64,000 nt of DNA from Callorhinchus milii (taxonomy: Eukaryota): NCBI RefSeq assembly GCF_018977255.1, contig NW_024704743.1, forward strand, positions 43,650,001 to 43,714,000. Reading direction: 5' to 3'. Below the pieces are notes generated by a model. The model did not search any database. It worked only from the letters and a program-made list of their open reading frames with translations, and was not told the origin of the DNA. Positions 39,130-51,545 of this stretch are shown piece after piece (within the stretch, counting starts at the first letter, position 1; each line of letters starts with the position of its first letter). Made by a program: the position numbers and the translations under genes.

Positions 39130-42100
39130 CAGAGTAGCGACGGGAGTTAAAGAACAGAGTTTGTCAAGAGGGACAAAAAGCTCAACAAAGGAAATAGGGC
39201 ATTAATGAGTAGGGGAAATAGTAAGAGGTCAATATTAAAGGTGCTATATCTGAATGCACGAAGGATTCGTAACAAGATAGATGAACTAAGTGCACAAATA
39301 GACATAAATGAGTTTGATCTAGTGACTATTACTGAGACATAGTTACAGGGAGACCAAGTTTGGGAGCTAAACATTCTGGGGTATTCGACGTGTAGGAAAG
39401 ATAAGCAATGTGGAAAACGGAGAGAGGAGGGCTTAGCCCTGCTAATAAAGGATTAGATAGAAGCAGTAGAGAGGCAGGATTTTAAATCAGAAAATCAGGA
39501 TGTAGTGTCAGTATGTGTGGAGGTAAGAAACAACAAGGGGCAGAAAACACTAGTGGGAGTAGTTTATAGACACACAAACAGCTCTTACAGTATTGGGCAG
39601 GGTATTAATCAGGAAATTAGAGGAGCATGTGGCAAAGGGAATACACTAATAAGGGGTGATTTTAATCTTCATATGGACTGGGAAAACCAAATTGGCAAAG
39701 GTAAATTAGAGGATGACTTTATAGAATGCATTAGAGATAGTTTTCTAGAGCAGTATGCTGAGGAGCCAACCAGGGAACAGGCTATCCTACACCTTGTTTT
39801 GTGTAATGAAATAGGGCTAATCAGCAATCTGGAAGTTAAGGCTCCTCTAGGGCAGAGTGACCATAACATGATGGAATTTAACATTAAGTTAGAGAGTGAT
39901 ATAGTTGAATCGAAGTAAGGGTCTTAAATCTAAATAAAGGCAATTTTGCAGGTATGAGAGAAGATTTGGCTAAAATAGACTGGGAAATTAGATTAAAGAG
40001 TATGACGGTAGACCAGTAATGGCAAACGTTTAAAGATATAATACGTAATTCCCAGCAATCACATATTCCCTTGAAAACTAAAAATACCACGGGAAAAGTG
40101 GTTCAACCTTGGCTAACTAGAGAAGTTAAGGAAAGTATAAAATTAAAAGAAGAAGCCTATAATACTGCCAAAAAGAGCACTAAACCTAAGGATTGGGAGG
40201 GCTTTAGAGATCAGCAAAGGAAAACCAAGAAACTGATTAAGAGGGAGAAAATGGAATATGAGAGTAAACTAGCTAGAGATATAAAGACAGATTGTAAGAG
40301 TTTTTACAAGTACATAAAGAGGAAGACACCATCAAAAGTGAATGTGCATCTATTGCAGGCGCAGACAGGAGAAATTATAATGGGGAATAAGGAAATGGCA
40401 TTAATGAGTCATTAAACAAATATTTTGCTTCTATCTTCACATTAGAGGACACCGAAAACTTACTGAAAATAGAGGGAAACCTGGAGGCTAATGTTAGTGA
40501 GGAATTTAAAATAATGAATATCAGTAAAGCAATAGCACTAGAGAAATTGATAGGATTAAAAACCGATAAATCCCTGGACCTGATTGCCTGCATCCTTGGG
40601 TTTTAAAAGAGGTGGCTGCAGAGATAGTGGGCGCTTTGTTTTTGATCTTCCAAAACTCCCTGCATTCTGGAATGGTTCCATTGATTGGAAGGTCGTAAAC
40701 ATCATGCTGATATTTAAGAAGAGTGGGAGACAAAAAATGGGGAATTATAGATCAGTTAGTCTGACATTGGTGGCAGGGAAAATTCTACTGTCCTTAATTA
40801 GGGACGTCGGTGTGCGGCACTTAGAAAACCATAACATGGTAGAGTCAACATGGCTTTACAAAAGGGAAATCATGTTTAACAAATCTTATAGAGTTTTTTA
40901 AGGATGTAACTAGCAGGTTAGATAGGGGGAACCAGTAGATGTGGTGTACTTGGATTTCCAGAAGGAATTTGACAAGGTGCCACATAAAAGGCTGTTACAT
41001 AAGATTAGAGCCCATGGAATTAAAGGTAATATATTAGCATGGATTGGAGAGTGGCTAACAAGAAGAGCCAGAGAGTAGGGATAAACGAGTCCTTCTCAGA
41101 TTGGCAGGATGTGACTCGTGGAGTGCCACAAGGATCAGTGCTTGGACTTCAATTATTTACAATCTATATCAATGATTTAAATGAAGAAATAGAACTTAAT
41201 ATATCTAAATTCGCGGACGATACAAAGATAGGTGGGAGAGTAAGCTGTGAAGATGACACACAAAGAATGTAAAGGGAAATAGACAGGCTTGGTGAGTGGT
41301 CAAGAAGATGGCAGATGGAGTATAATGTGGGAAAGTGTGAAGTTATTCACTTAGGTAGTAAAAATAGAAAAGTGGATTATTTTCTAGAGGGAAAGAGACT
41401 AGGTAGTGTTAGTGTTCAAAAAGATTTGGGTGTCCTTGTACACCAGTCACAAAAAGTTAGTATGCAGGTACAGCAAGCAAATAGGGAGGCTAATGCCATG
41501 TTGGCGTTCGTTGCAAAAGGGTTAGAGTACAAGAGTAGGGACTTCTTGCTGCAGTTGTATAAGGCCTTGGTGAGACTGCACCTAGAATATCGTGTGCTGT
41601 TTTGGTCTCCTTATTTAAGAAAGGACATACTCACCTTAGAGGAGGTGCAGCGATTCACTAGGTTGGTTCCTGGGATGATGGGGTTGACCTATGAGGAGAG
41701 GTTGAATAAACTATAGAAGAATTAGGGGTGATCTTATAGAAACCTATAAGATTCTTAAGGGTCTTGACAGGATAGATGCCGTGAGACTGTTTCCCCTGGT
41801 TTGAGAATCTAAAAGTAGGGGTCATAGTCTCAAGATTAAGGGTCAGCCTTTTCGAACTGAGTTGAGGAAACATTTCTTCACTCTAAGGGTAGAATTTGTG
41901 GAATTCTCTACCTCAGAAGGCTGTGGATGCTCAGTCCTTGAACATATTCAAGACTGAGGTTGATAGATTTCTAAAGGATAGATGGATTAAGGGATATGGG
42001 GATAGAGCGGGTAAATGGAATTAGAAGATCAACCATGATCTTATTAAATGGCGGAGCAGGCTTGAGGGGCCGAATGGCCTACTCCTGCTCCTACTTCTTA

Positions 42101-42819
42101 TAGTCTTAATATTAATAATCCTTGCATTTGATATAGTGCCTTATCATACCTTCTAGAGGTCTCAAAGCACTTCATAGAATATACTGTAAAGTGAATTTAC
42201 TGTATATCAACAATGACAACAATTTGCATTTATAAAGTGCCCTTCATGTGGGTTAGCATCTCAGAGTGCTGAAATATGGCATAGTTTGATGACAGGCTGT
42301 TGAGGTAGGGGAGGTTACTGTAGAAGAGGAAAGTCATCAATGAGATATCAAGATGTAGATATGGCCTCAGCCCTAACAAACAGTGTAGTACAAGTTGGAT
42401 AATATACCTTGAATCATATTAATCCTTTATACTGATAACTTGTCTACTTACTATTAGGTAAGTGAACAAAACAATCAGGTTATTATACAAAGCAGACCTA
42501 CACAATTGAAGATCATTGCACCTTATAGCTTATAAAATATACCTTTCCTTTGTTTTAACCAAAAACTTGTATTTATATTGTGCCTGTTACATTTCAAACC
42601 CAATTGGGAATTCTTCACAAAGACCAGTTGGCCAAAAGCTGAATAAAAAATAATTTAAAAAATACAGTTTTAATGTTAAGAAGTCTTTCTCGGGTATGAG
42701 AGTCAAAAAATCAGCTCTGGTTAATACTTAAACGATGGTTAAATTGTCATAGAGAAGCCCAAGGGAGAAATCAATCTCCCAAAGTCACGCATGTTCAGTC
42801 CCAAACCTATCATCAGTGT

Positions 42820-43200
42820 CAACCTGCTCAGTCAATAGCGGTCTCATATCAGTCTTTGCTGACATGCCAATTCAGTACTGAAGGAATATTGCATTGCTGG
42901 AGGTGATGACATTCAGAGGGAACATTAAACTGAGGCGCCATCTGCCTGTTCAGGTAGACATTCAAGATCGTATGACACTATACAAAAAAGAAAGTTTTCT
43001 TCCAGTTTTTTGCCAACAAATCCTCAAATAAAAAAAAATGTCATTTACCTCATGGCTGTGTTGAATATTGCTGTGAGCAAATGGTCTGCTCTGTTTGCCC
43101 ACAAAACACACAGTCACTACATATATCCTGTGAAGCGCTTTGAGGCATTCTCTTGACATAAAAGATGCTGTATCAAATGTAAGGATAACTATATTATTTA
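42820..43200 (+). mobile_element. Deu-domain SINE; an inverted degraded copy follows at ~43350-43690
   Basis: ggaggtgatgacattcagaggg..taaactgaggcgccatctgcctgttcagg plus tail. Confidence 0.72.
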
Positions 43201-44956
43201 TTATGAAAGAATTTTCAGCAGTTATCGTGTTGCTTAATTATCCCCTATGTAATGTGCTTGGCACTGCAATTCTGACCCCATCACCTTCGACTATTTTATT
43301 AGAAGCTCCTAAGTTTCTATGAAAACAATGAAAAAACTTATCACATCAAAGGGTTTCACAAGTAATTCACATCAAGTGTAGTGACTGCTTTTGTATCCAA
43401 ATGTGGGAACCATTTGCCCCAGGATGAGATGACTAACCAATTCAAATGGAAGCAAGACAACCAGTATACCAGAGGAAAACACTTCAAATTGGGTCGTGGG
43501 TTTTTAAAGGTCCATCTGAAAACTCGCTGATGGGACTCCAGTGTCACCTGAAGAATTGGCACCTCCAAAAATATAGCAGTTCCTATTATTGCATCCGAGT
43601 GTCAATATAAGCTTATGTTCACAATGAAGGGTTTGACCCCATAACCCTCTGACAAAGAAGCAAGAGTGCTACCAAATGAGTCAATCTCATAAGCAACGTT
43701 ATCACTCAATCATATTCCCAATCATTTTAAAGCTTGTAATCAGTAGCAAAATCAACTCTCTCTCTCGCCACCAACAAAAAAATTAATTTATTACTGTGCA
43801 ATAAATTACATCCATTGATATAAATTGGAGAGAGAATTCATAGTTGTTATCTTATGGATGCACAATTCTGTTACTTGATGCGGCACTGGCGCCTTTGAAA
43901 AATGTTTTAACATTCTTTCACCTCTGCTTGGATCCAGAGAAGAGCCAGAATAACCATGAGTTATTTGTGTCATGGTAACATTAACACACAAGTAATGGGG
44001 TAATTTATGTTACCGTATTGTGCCGTTGTAAGTAATTGAAAAAAGCTTTGTCAAACATTTTCTCATGGAGAGGTTCGCCCTCTAAAAGGATCATTAAAGA
44101 GTCTTTTATGCCTTACATTTCACACAAGGGAAAAAAACACTTAGAAAAGTAAATAATCCACAAGAATTAATTTAATTTTCTTCAGCTTCAATAAACGATG
44201 TCCCCCTGCCTCTACAAATATTACCATGTCGGTTGAAAGGTCAGGAGTACTCAAATTGTTTTCTTCAAAGGTGAAAAGATATATAGTGTTCTCATATCCG
44301 TCTGTTACTATGAGTGCTGAAGTCCATTTACAGTGTAAAAAATTCATTTTACGCATAATTTTCAGCCCAGCAAACAATAAAGAAGAATCTATGAAATGAC
44401 AAGGAGAAAACATAGTAGATATCTTTTCCAGTACAACTTTCTAAATAACGTGAAGAAACCTGGGGCACCAGATGAATGCTATCAGATCTCTGAGAGTTAA
44501 CAGCACATGAAATACTGCAATGGGCAAAAGGATAAGCATGTCATGAGAAGCCATGCGGTCAGTGTTTCTCAGATTGTGAATCTAAAGTAGTACATGTACT
44601 GAAGTATTCATTGGTAGTCTGTCCAACAAGTCTGTGAACCACCTCCTCCCCTTAGGATAGGAAATCTTTGGGAATCCCAATTCTGTACAGCCTGACATTG
44701 GTGTTGTACTAAAAATAATTTATGGTTATTAAACTCTGCATTTGACATAATGCACACTACATGCTCAAGATGCATTGCACTCGTACTGAAATGCAGGCAC
44801 CACAATTATTCCGACAGCACACATAACAGACAGCACAGTCCTTAGTCCTTTCTGCTCCTGCAGAATAGCTGAACGCTCGGTTTAAAAACGTCAAGCTACT
44901 GTATAATGTAGATGATTGCAATACACTTAAATTCACAACGCAAGGTAAACACTTAC

Positions 44957-44978
44957 CAAGATACATAATGGTCTTCAT
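44957..44978 (-). CDS. znf385d: ZNF385D (matrin-type zinc finger protein 385D), first coding exon of the short isoform, 22 nt, phase-1 end
   Basis: Minus strand reads ATG AAG ACC ATT ATG TAT CTT G|GTAAGT (MKTIMYL-G) with a consensus donor at 44956-44951. It matches the human ZNF385D start MRNIMYFG as recalled and is phase-compatible with the exon at 9869-9727. Confidence 0.9.
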
Positions 44979-45950
44979 TAATCATACTTTTGAAATCCCA
45001 CAGTTTTTACGTCTTCCAACCAGCACGAGCACCGACAACCACATCAAATGCCAGAGTTTAAATCTGCACCATCATTTCTGCACTTCAGACTCAGCACAGT
45101 GCTTACATCCCATGCAGAATCCTTGGATGATTGGAGTCGACTCTGTTAGCACACAGCGCTGCTCATACAGTACTTTGTGAAATCTGACTCCTCCTTATGA
45201 TGATCTTGCTGTGCCTGTGACATCAGTGCTGAGAGAGCCTCACAGGTTCCTTCTCATAGATTAGTCTGTCCTATGAAGCTTGAAGTTTCCTTCCTGATCA
45301 GATTAGAACTAAAAGCAGCTCTCTTTTTGAAAACCGTGCTCTTTTGTACAGATCAGAGAAAAGAGGGCTCTCTACCTCCTATTTTCTCTTCACCTAATGC
45401 AATGACCTGTTAGTCTCAAACGTTGGGAAATTACACAGAGATCAATAAAACCCCTTTCATTGAAGTTCATGATTGTGTCACTGTTCATAAATCACTAACT
45501 GCACACAGTTCAGGATCTACAGGGGTTTTCGTTGTTCATTCCTGATAAAGAAGCTGTTGTAATATATGATGTGTGGATGTAGCTGGTAATAATGTAAACT
45601 GATGGTGTAAAGTCATGCCATGACAAGAGGTGTGTTTAACCCACTCTAACTGTCTACATAAGCAGCTCTCTAACTCAGCAAGGGCACAGTAGGGAGAAGA
45701 GAGTAACTGGTGATTGAGCTGTAGTAAGCAAGGTAAGGCCAAGGGCTGAGGTTCAAATTATTCCACTCTTGCGCACCTCTTGGTGTCCACTTAGAGAACT
45801 GCAGCTGTCTGGAAACAGTTTGCCTGTCTCCCCTCTGCCTTGACAAGGAAAGACAGCAGGGAGGCAGGCAAATTAGTGTTTGTGTGTGGGGTGGTGGGGG
45901 CGGGGGGGTGCGTGGGTCAGGGACTAAAAGGGGGAAGAAAGAAACTGATC
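44979..45950 (-). promoter_or_regulatory. Putative 5'UTR and proximal promoter of the znf385d short isoform
   Basis: Repeat-free sequence directly upstream of the ATG, with a CRE-like TGACATCA at 45218-45225 and a GC-box/G-run cluster at ~45887-45922. The TSS cannot be determined from sequence. Confidence 0.5.
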
Positions 45951-46889
45951 AAATTCTGGTTAGTCGATTTTTTAAAAGACGCACATTTTGTTAATATTTC
46001 TGTAAGTATGATTTCAGCGCTTGTATTGAAGGATAATTATTTCTGGAGATTTGAGGCCGTTAACTTGCTCCTCCACCAGCTGCAGTAGAATGAATACGGC
46101 CACAATGAACTCCAAGGCTCGCAAACATTTTACTGTAGGAAGGATTAGTTTGTCACCTGGCCAAGCCGAGTGCTAAAACAAAGAGTGACATGGTAAGCCC
46201 TCGATTCACTTAAATTCAAAGTAAAAAGTGATCAGCGTAGGTCAAAAATGTAATTTAATGGGGTTCCTTAATAACTACTCCAAGGGAGACATTCCAGTGA
46301 CTGCAAGTCAGACACATCAGAGAACCATAGAAATTTATGCACAGAAGGCTATTCGACCAATCATGTCTGTGCTGGCTCCCAAAAGAGCAATTGCTTCAGT
46401 CCCATTTACTGGCCCTTTCCTCATACCTCTGTAGTTTACTCTTGTTGAGTATTTGTTTAGTTCTAAGTGGGACACTCCACTCCAGAAATGGAATTGGAAA
46501 CTCCCTCCAGGAGCTGGCGGCTCATAGTGGATTTCCGGGTCCCAGAAGGAGTGATTCAGTGTCCTTGTTAAGGAAGACCAATTGCCATCATTTTGGCCTC
46601 AACATTTGAGTTATGAAAAATGCTAAAAACAAACTGTTTATAATCTCGAACAGGAAAGTAAGGGAGTTTTCAGATGGAGTTCACACTTGGGTTGAGAGCG
46701 TGTTGCCCCAACAGTGGGAAGAACTCTTACTGCGATGTATGGAAATAAATTATAAAATCAGCATGAGCAAGTGTGGAGGTTTTACAGGCCTATTATAATA
46801 AATCAAAGCATTCATATTGATTCCACAGGAATTTCATTACAACTGACAAAGGATCATGAGAGTAGATTGAAATATCATAATCTAATGGA

Positions 46890-47250
46890 GTCCAGTAGCA
46901 TATTGGTTATCGTGCTCAATTTGCGAGCAAGAGGACCCGGGTTCGATTCCTGGGTGAAGTAAAACCTTAGGCAAGTGTACTTACTCCATATTCCTCTGGC
47001 TCCACCCAGCAGTAAGTAGGAACCTGGTTCTTAGTCGATTGACAGATTGCTTTCCAGGGTAATTATCCCTAAAAAAATGTTGTCGCTCAATCCACGACTG
47101 TTTGTGGGACATTGCTGTGTGCAATTGGCTGCTGCGTTTCGCCCACAAAATACACAGTCAATCCACTTTACAAAATATTGTGTGAGGCATTTGAGATGTC
47201 TCAACAGTGTGATAAGGTGTTATATCAAATACAAGGATTATTATTATTAT
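46890..47250 (+). mobile_element. Long-subfamily SINE, uninterrupted
   Basis: Box B GGGTTCGATTCC, extra segment ctccacccagcagtaagtaggaacc, L2-type tail and (TTA)n. Confidence 0.88.
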
Positions 47251-47415
47251 TGTTCTTCCAGTAAATCACTAAAGATATCCACCCTTGGGGGATGGTAAGA
47301 AGGGTCTCCTTGGAGCTGAATTGCTCCAAGGTGACATGTTTGGCAACAGAATGTTGGAACTGAGCCAACCTCTGTGGTGATCTCGGTAGTCTGGTTCCTG
47401 AGCCAGGCGGGTCCT

Positions 47416-47870
47416 CAGTATTCCAGAGCACTGCTGATGACAGCACATCCAGCCTGGTTCATCGGCAGGACTTGGGAGCGCAGACCAGTCACTGGGGACA
47501 GGGAATTCTCCCACTCAGTTCCTGTTAACCCTAACAGGTAGGGTGGTCTTAGCTTGTCAAACAGAATGCTTGACAACATGAATGCTTACCCGACAGCAAT
47601 ATAATGGCAAGTTATATGGTTTTAGCTGGTTACATTCCAGCAGAACCTCAATGTGCTCTGTGGGGTCCCCAAGTCTTGGCTCTTGACAACCTGCACCTAA
47701 TACTTTTTGGAATTCAGGAAGCAAGTGCGCATTCCATTTCAACAATCTATCTCTGGGAATTGCATGTGTAGGTGGGATGCATGGAATTCTCAGTTTGGTT
47801 TGAATACTTTTAACTCATGGTGATGAGTTTCCACATGTGTCAAACACCTGGCTGACCCAAAAAAAATGTC
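47416..47870 (-). repeat. Unclassified dispersed repeat (other copies at ~34357-34473 + 35795-35980 and ~14040-14125)
   Basis: The reverse complement aligns to both flanks of the young L2 and to 14040-14125. Confidence 0.85.
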
Positions 47871-50800
47871 CCCCTGGATAAATGCACCACTTGAAGTGAC
47901 CCCAGATCTATATGGAGTTAGGTAATCTCAGCCAAGGTAGTGATGGAGCTATTATAATTGGCTTTAAGTCCTAAATTGGTGGAAGGGGCGGGAATCAGCC
48001 AGGATTTCTCCTCCTGATAACTAGACAGTGACCCCTGCTGGATGGTGCATGAGTGACATTGCGCTTCAAATAACAAGGGCTCCGCTTTAATTCTCTCCTT
48101 CCTACCCTCCCATCCCCAAATCCTGTCCCACATTAAATAGTCAGTCAAGGCTCATACTTGACTGAGGCCACTTGACTGAGGCAATATATATCCTTAAGTT
48201 CAGGGATGAGAAGGAGATTTTTAAAAAATCACTGAAGAAAATCTTTAAGATTACATTTTTCTACCGGTTTAAAGACAAACATATGAAATTATTATAACCT
48301 GAAGAATCTGAAAACTAATGCAGGAAGCTATCAACCTAGAGTTACTAAAGTGCCTAAAACTGTCATAATTCCTAAAGCCATGAGCAACTTCCAGACTCAA
48401 AGGCATTAATTCAACTTAACTAGCTCCCAACTAACATACACTTTAATTGTAGTTTTTTACAGGTATATTTAAGAAAGGTCAATCATATTTCATATTAGTG
48501 AATAATTGAGAATCGAAAGGCCAACTGCCACTCTTTCACTGATAATGACTTAATAATGACTGCTACGGAGCCGAAGTATGAGAGGACAGGAAAAGAGCAG
48601 CAAATGGGATTAGAATAGATAGCTCCAAAGGTAGAGCTTGGACTAGCACAGACATTCATTAATGGGGTGAATTGCCTCCTTCTGTAATGTAAACATTGCA
48701 TGATTGTATAATAACAATTAAATAGCGGTTATAACATGCTTCACCATAATATGGGAACTGTACCATGGAACATTACAACAACTACTTCCATTTACATAGT
48801 GCACTTCATGCGGCGTAGGGTCTATAGAAACACTAGTTATCCACAACCCTTATGGGTATAATCCTGTCTTTAAAGTCTTCTGCTGCTTCAGTGTGCAACC
48901 AGTGTCCCAACATTGTTTCAGAAAGATAAAACATTGTTGCACTGTGATAGCATTATGACCAGAGTCTGGTAACTGAACCATGCTTTTCATAGCTTAGGAA
49001 GTCACAGAGATAGGGAGGAGCAAGGCCATGGAGGGCTTTGAAGGTGAGCAACAGGATCTTGAACTGTATACTAAATATTCCCTAATCTGCAAAGGTTTTG
49101 AACCAAAACTGCAGAATATCTATCCATCCCCCATATCCACTATTCAACATCAGCTTACTTTTGTTCCAGTCAATCTTCCCACCTCTTAATACCACAAACC
49201 CATTGTGCCCAGCACAATATGTGATGATCTCAGTTTATACTAGGAGAGTACATCAAAGCAACCATTATCAAGGAGACCCCACTTTCCACCCACCAAGGAG
49301 GAAAGTCACTACTTAGCCATTTGATATTCAACAAGCCCTCACCGGGTGGATGAGGGTTAGGCCTAGGGCTAGGATCAGGAAAAGGAAGTTAGGAACTCCT
49401 TGCAAGCTTCCTGGTGGGCAACTCAGCTCAGCATTAAATGTGTGAGAGCACAAAATATGCCCACAAAATTTACAGTCTATTCACTTTACAGTATATTCTG
49501 CGAAGTGCTTTGATACGTCTCAAAGACGTGTTAAGGCGCTATATCAAAATGCAAGGCTTATTATTATTATTATTATTACTATTATTATTGCCACGACTTT
49601 CCTGCCCACAGCTTGGACACACAACCATACCCACAAGCGATGGTTTCACAATTTGGAAGTGCGGAGCTTGAGCAACAGCCTCTCTGAAAACTAATCAAGG
49701 TGGTTACCACACCCTGGATATATCAGCGTGTGTTCACAAACTCAGATTCCAGGGAACACCTTCCAGCAATTGTTGTCTCAAGCCTCAGAGTTTTCTCACC
49801 AGCTGTTCAATAGACCTAGAAGCATTACTTTAGAAGAAGGATTATTCTAGAAGAAGCATTTATCTAGAGGAAACGTCACCACATTCAACTGCAATGTTCT
49901 TGATCTTGGACCCAAAAATCTGCCTTTTCCAATGACGTTTCTAATTTTGAGCAATCACCCAAACCTCGACAAACTGACATTTTGTTTGGTTTAGTGACAT
50001 TTATTTTATCTGTAAATGTGTAAAAAAATTAATAAATTCTAAGAACTTGATTCATTTTGACAATAAGCTGGATTTGCTCATAGACCTAATAAGAGGGAAG
50101 TGTCATTTTTGAAATGATAACACGTCCAAAAAAGCAATTCATAAATGAAAGGAAAATAAACTTACTCGGTTTGAAGGCGTACAATTCATTGATGCTCCTC
50201 AATTGCATCAAATTGCTAAGTGTGTTTTTTAACCTTGACTCAAAAGTGTCAGTTCTCTAAACCTGGAGTATTTGTCACCATGAATACCATTGAACTGATC
50301 CTGCCCCAGAGGAGCTCTGCAGGGCCACACGTGAATACAACTGGTGAAACCTAATTAATCTTGCTGTCATTTCAATGGTGAGTTCCATTGCTTATGTTGC
50401 TATCTGATCAAGTGTTTTTGTCTGTATTAGGTAAAGCTTTGCACAGCATTTTGAAACAACTAACATTAGCTTCCTTTGGGAGGCTTCATGACTGTTTATG
50501 GTATCCAGCAAAAACTAATTCACTAAGATGATTTTGTTGTATTGCATAATTCAGCTTACTACAAATTTAGTAATATGGCTCTACATATCTGATTTTTATG
50601 GTCCAATTTCAGGTTATAAAATAATACAGGTTAAGGAAGTTAAGGAATCATGTAAAACCCCAAATAAATTATCAGCATCCCCAGCTCAGGTCCGAAATAC
50701 TGATTGTTCAGCACCTTGGGATGTCCTCCTGATGTGAAAGGTGCTATACAAATATAATTTTGTTGTTGTTGAAAGGTGTAATATCAAATGAATGGATTAT

Positions 50801-51545
50801 TATTATGGTTACTAGATACGGCTTCAAAGTGAAAGACAAAACACATTTTATTGTGATATTTATAAAAAACACAAACTTTGCAAAGATTTTCCTGAAAAAT
50901 ATCTTCCTGTGGGATCTTTCTGCTCCAAGTGCAAAGAGCTTGCTGAGTGAACTAGACACTTGTACCCATAACACTCAAAATGCTGCATGCTAAAGCCATC
51001 TAATGGCAGCTAATGGATGGTACACTTATTCCTCTGAGATTCAGGGGATTATGTACATAGAATCTACAGCACCCAAACAGACCATTCAGCCCAACTAGTC
51101 TAATATCCCTCTATTCTGTTCTCTCATGAATTGTGGTGAGTCATTATGGTGCTGGGTTTGTTCCTTTGACATGTGTGTCAAAATGAGGAACAGATATTTA
51201 CAGCTTTGCAAATACTCACTATTGCAATTTCCTCTCTTCAGACACACCTATAGTTTATACTGTCACTACTTGCGTCCCTCTTCAACCATGCTTATGGTCA
51301 CCTCCTGCCTTGCCCCAGCTCGGCATCAGAATTCACTAATGTTAGGCACTCGGATCCGTCGCTCTGCATGCAGGGCACTATATTGTTGTTCTTGCTGTTA
51401 TCAAATCCACAAGGTAGTTATCTAATCCAATAGTGCCTAGCTATTTTCACTGTCATCTGCACACAAAGCAAAAAAATGACCCTGGGGGAATGTAGCCTTC
51501 TTTGGTGAGCCATCCTTCTGATGAGACATTAACCTTGAAGTCCTG

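Larger units (their letters stand above)
37220..42108 (+). mobile_element. Near full-length decayed CR1 LINE (ORF1 zinc finger/coiled coil/SGNH esterase; ORF2 APE endonuclease + RT) carrying three nested insertions
   Basis: ORF1 from 37703: CxxC..CxxC, heptads, VVVIGDE, HIGTNN, RDGLRLN. ORF2 from ~39235: [27 protein letters not shown]. Multiple stops and frameshifts. Shark-type 3' end ggccgaatggcctactcctgctcctacttcttat. The 5' boundary is approximate. Confidence 0.95.
9870..44956 (-). other. znf385d: znf385d intron between the two coding exons (35,087 nt, GT-AG)
   Basis: Bounded by GTAAGT (44956) and CTGCAG (9870) on the minus strand; joining the exons keeps the reading frame. Confidence 0.88.

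Noticed and set aside
44225..44301. Possible 77-nt cassette exon on the minus strand (AG..GT, open frame DGYENTIYLF..)
   Set aside because: Poor polypyrimidine tract, weak donor (GTAATA), would frameshift exon 2, and no recognisable homology.
50707..50725. REST/RE1-like TTCAGCACC in L2 tails
   Set aside because: Only the left half-site; the GGACAG right half is absent at canonical spacing.
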